Positions 63,596 to 64,000 of a stretch of DNA of 64,000 nucleotides are shown piece by piece; the stretch's first letter is position 1, and every line of letters begins with the position of its first letter. Both the position numbers and the translations under genes were made by a program. The stretch is from Longimicrobiales bacterium (lineage in GTDB: Bacteria; Gemmatimonadota; Gemmatimonadetes; Longimicrobiales; Gaopeijiaceae): the NCBI GenBank assembly GCA_965242735.1, contig OZ251497.1, positions 1,140,409 to 1,204,408 on the forward strand. The letters run 5' to 3'. Under the pieces are notes generated by a model, which ran no database searches, was not told the DNA's origin, and saw nothing but the letters and a program-made list of their open reading frames with translations.

Positions 63596-64000
63596 TTACG
63601 GCCGTCCGGGGCGGCTCACGTCGATCACGACAATCTTGATCTGGTTGCGCTCGTTCGTGGACAGCAGCTCTTCCAAGCCGCATGCCAGCTCACTGGGGCT
63701 GGCGGGAGGTTGCCCGTCGGACGGCGGCTTGACGGGCTCGCGGTCGTTCTGTCCGAACCACAGAACGAGGTAGATGCCGTGTTCCTTCGCGTCCGGATCG
63801 CGGACGTAGTTCTTGACCAGTTGCGCGTGCAACGCGCTCCAGAGCTGGCGGCTGCTGCTCTTCTTGATCTCTATGGGAATGGCATGGCTACCAAGCCGAA
63901 CGCGAATATCGGCCCGTCGATTTTCGGCGCAGCTGGCCTCCCGGCTGGCGTTGACCTCGTCCGGCAGTTGTTTGCGAAGATGTGACAGCAACGCGTTTCG
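63596..64000 (-). CDS. C-terminal part of a PD-(D/E)xK-like nuclease-domain protein (5' end outside window)
   Basis: The frame is open to the window edge. It contains ..ENRRADIRVRLGSHAIPIEIKKSS....LVKNY.. (a D...E-x-K pattern) followed by ..GIYLVLWFG... GC is intermediate. Confidence 0.5.
   Translation of the reverse strand, partial: RNALLSHLRKQLPDEVNASREASCAENRRADIRVRLGSHAIPIEIKKSSSRQLWSALHAQLVKNYVRDPDAKEHGIYLVLWFGQNDREPVKPPSDGQPPASPSELACGLEELLSTNERNQIKIVVIDVSRPGRP

Overview
This is a 64-kb, very GC-rich chromosomal segment. Hand counts of single 60-nt lines give about 68% G+C, e.g. 58261-58320. It comes from a diderm bacterium. The gene set is an SprA-type T9SS protein, LptF/LptG permeases, two DUF5916/CBM9-like envelope proteins, a choice-of-anchor-B protein and a CarboxypepD_reg-type TonB receptor. 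That set suggests a Gemmatimonadota/FCB-like organism, which is inference only. About 38 protein genes can be supported. I found no rRNA, tRNA or CRISPR array. Because of the GC content, almost every real gene is shadowed by long alternate-frame or antisense ORFs. I rejected those on composition (Arg/Pro/Gly-rich), on lack of family resemblance, and on overlap with recognisable genes. Content, left to right:
- A redox cluster: a creatininase-family gene, a peroxiredoxin with an in-frame TGA, TlpA-like and CcdA.
- A co-directional block of unassignable secreted or outer-membrane proteins.
- Dienelactone hydrolase.
- An intact ISNCY/IS1202-type IS with 17-bp target duplications.
- A choice-of-anchor-B protein and an SLC13 permease.
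- DUF5916 protein no. 1, dapF, lptFG-like genes and sprA.
- comEA-pilT-pilC.
- DUF5916 protein no. 2, TRAP dctQM, gpmI and an EEP-family protein.
- A 2371-aa autotransporter adhesin.
- An Rpn-family nuclease, pyrC with an odd insertion, and nfuA.
- A TonB-dependent receptor, a large unassigned outer-membrane protein, an SDR and glyQS.
- At 60.0-63.3 kb, a sharply lower-GC island (45% in line 60661-60720). It carries a ParB/Srx-fold protein, an unassignable protein with a degenerate Mrr/PD-(D/E)xK-like pattern, and a Dam-class (D12) adenine methyltransferase. A convergent partial PD-(D/E)xK-like gene runs off the window.

That island is my best candidate for an undescribed restriction/defence-type module. 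Other notable points:
- A probable selenocysteine peroxiredoxin with a SECIS-like hairpin.
- A C11 homopolymer and a coupled uORF in front of the giant adhesin.
- A 33-nt adhesin-derived segment inside an in-frame insertion in pyrC.
- Several tandem-repeat arrays sitting exactly on the 5' ends of envelope-protein genes.
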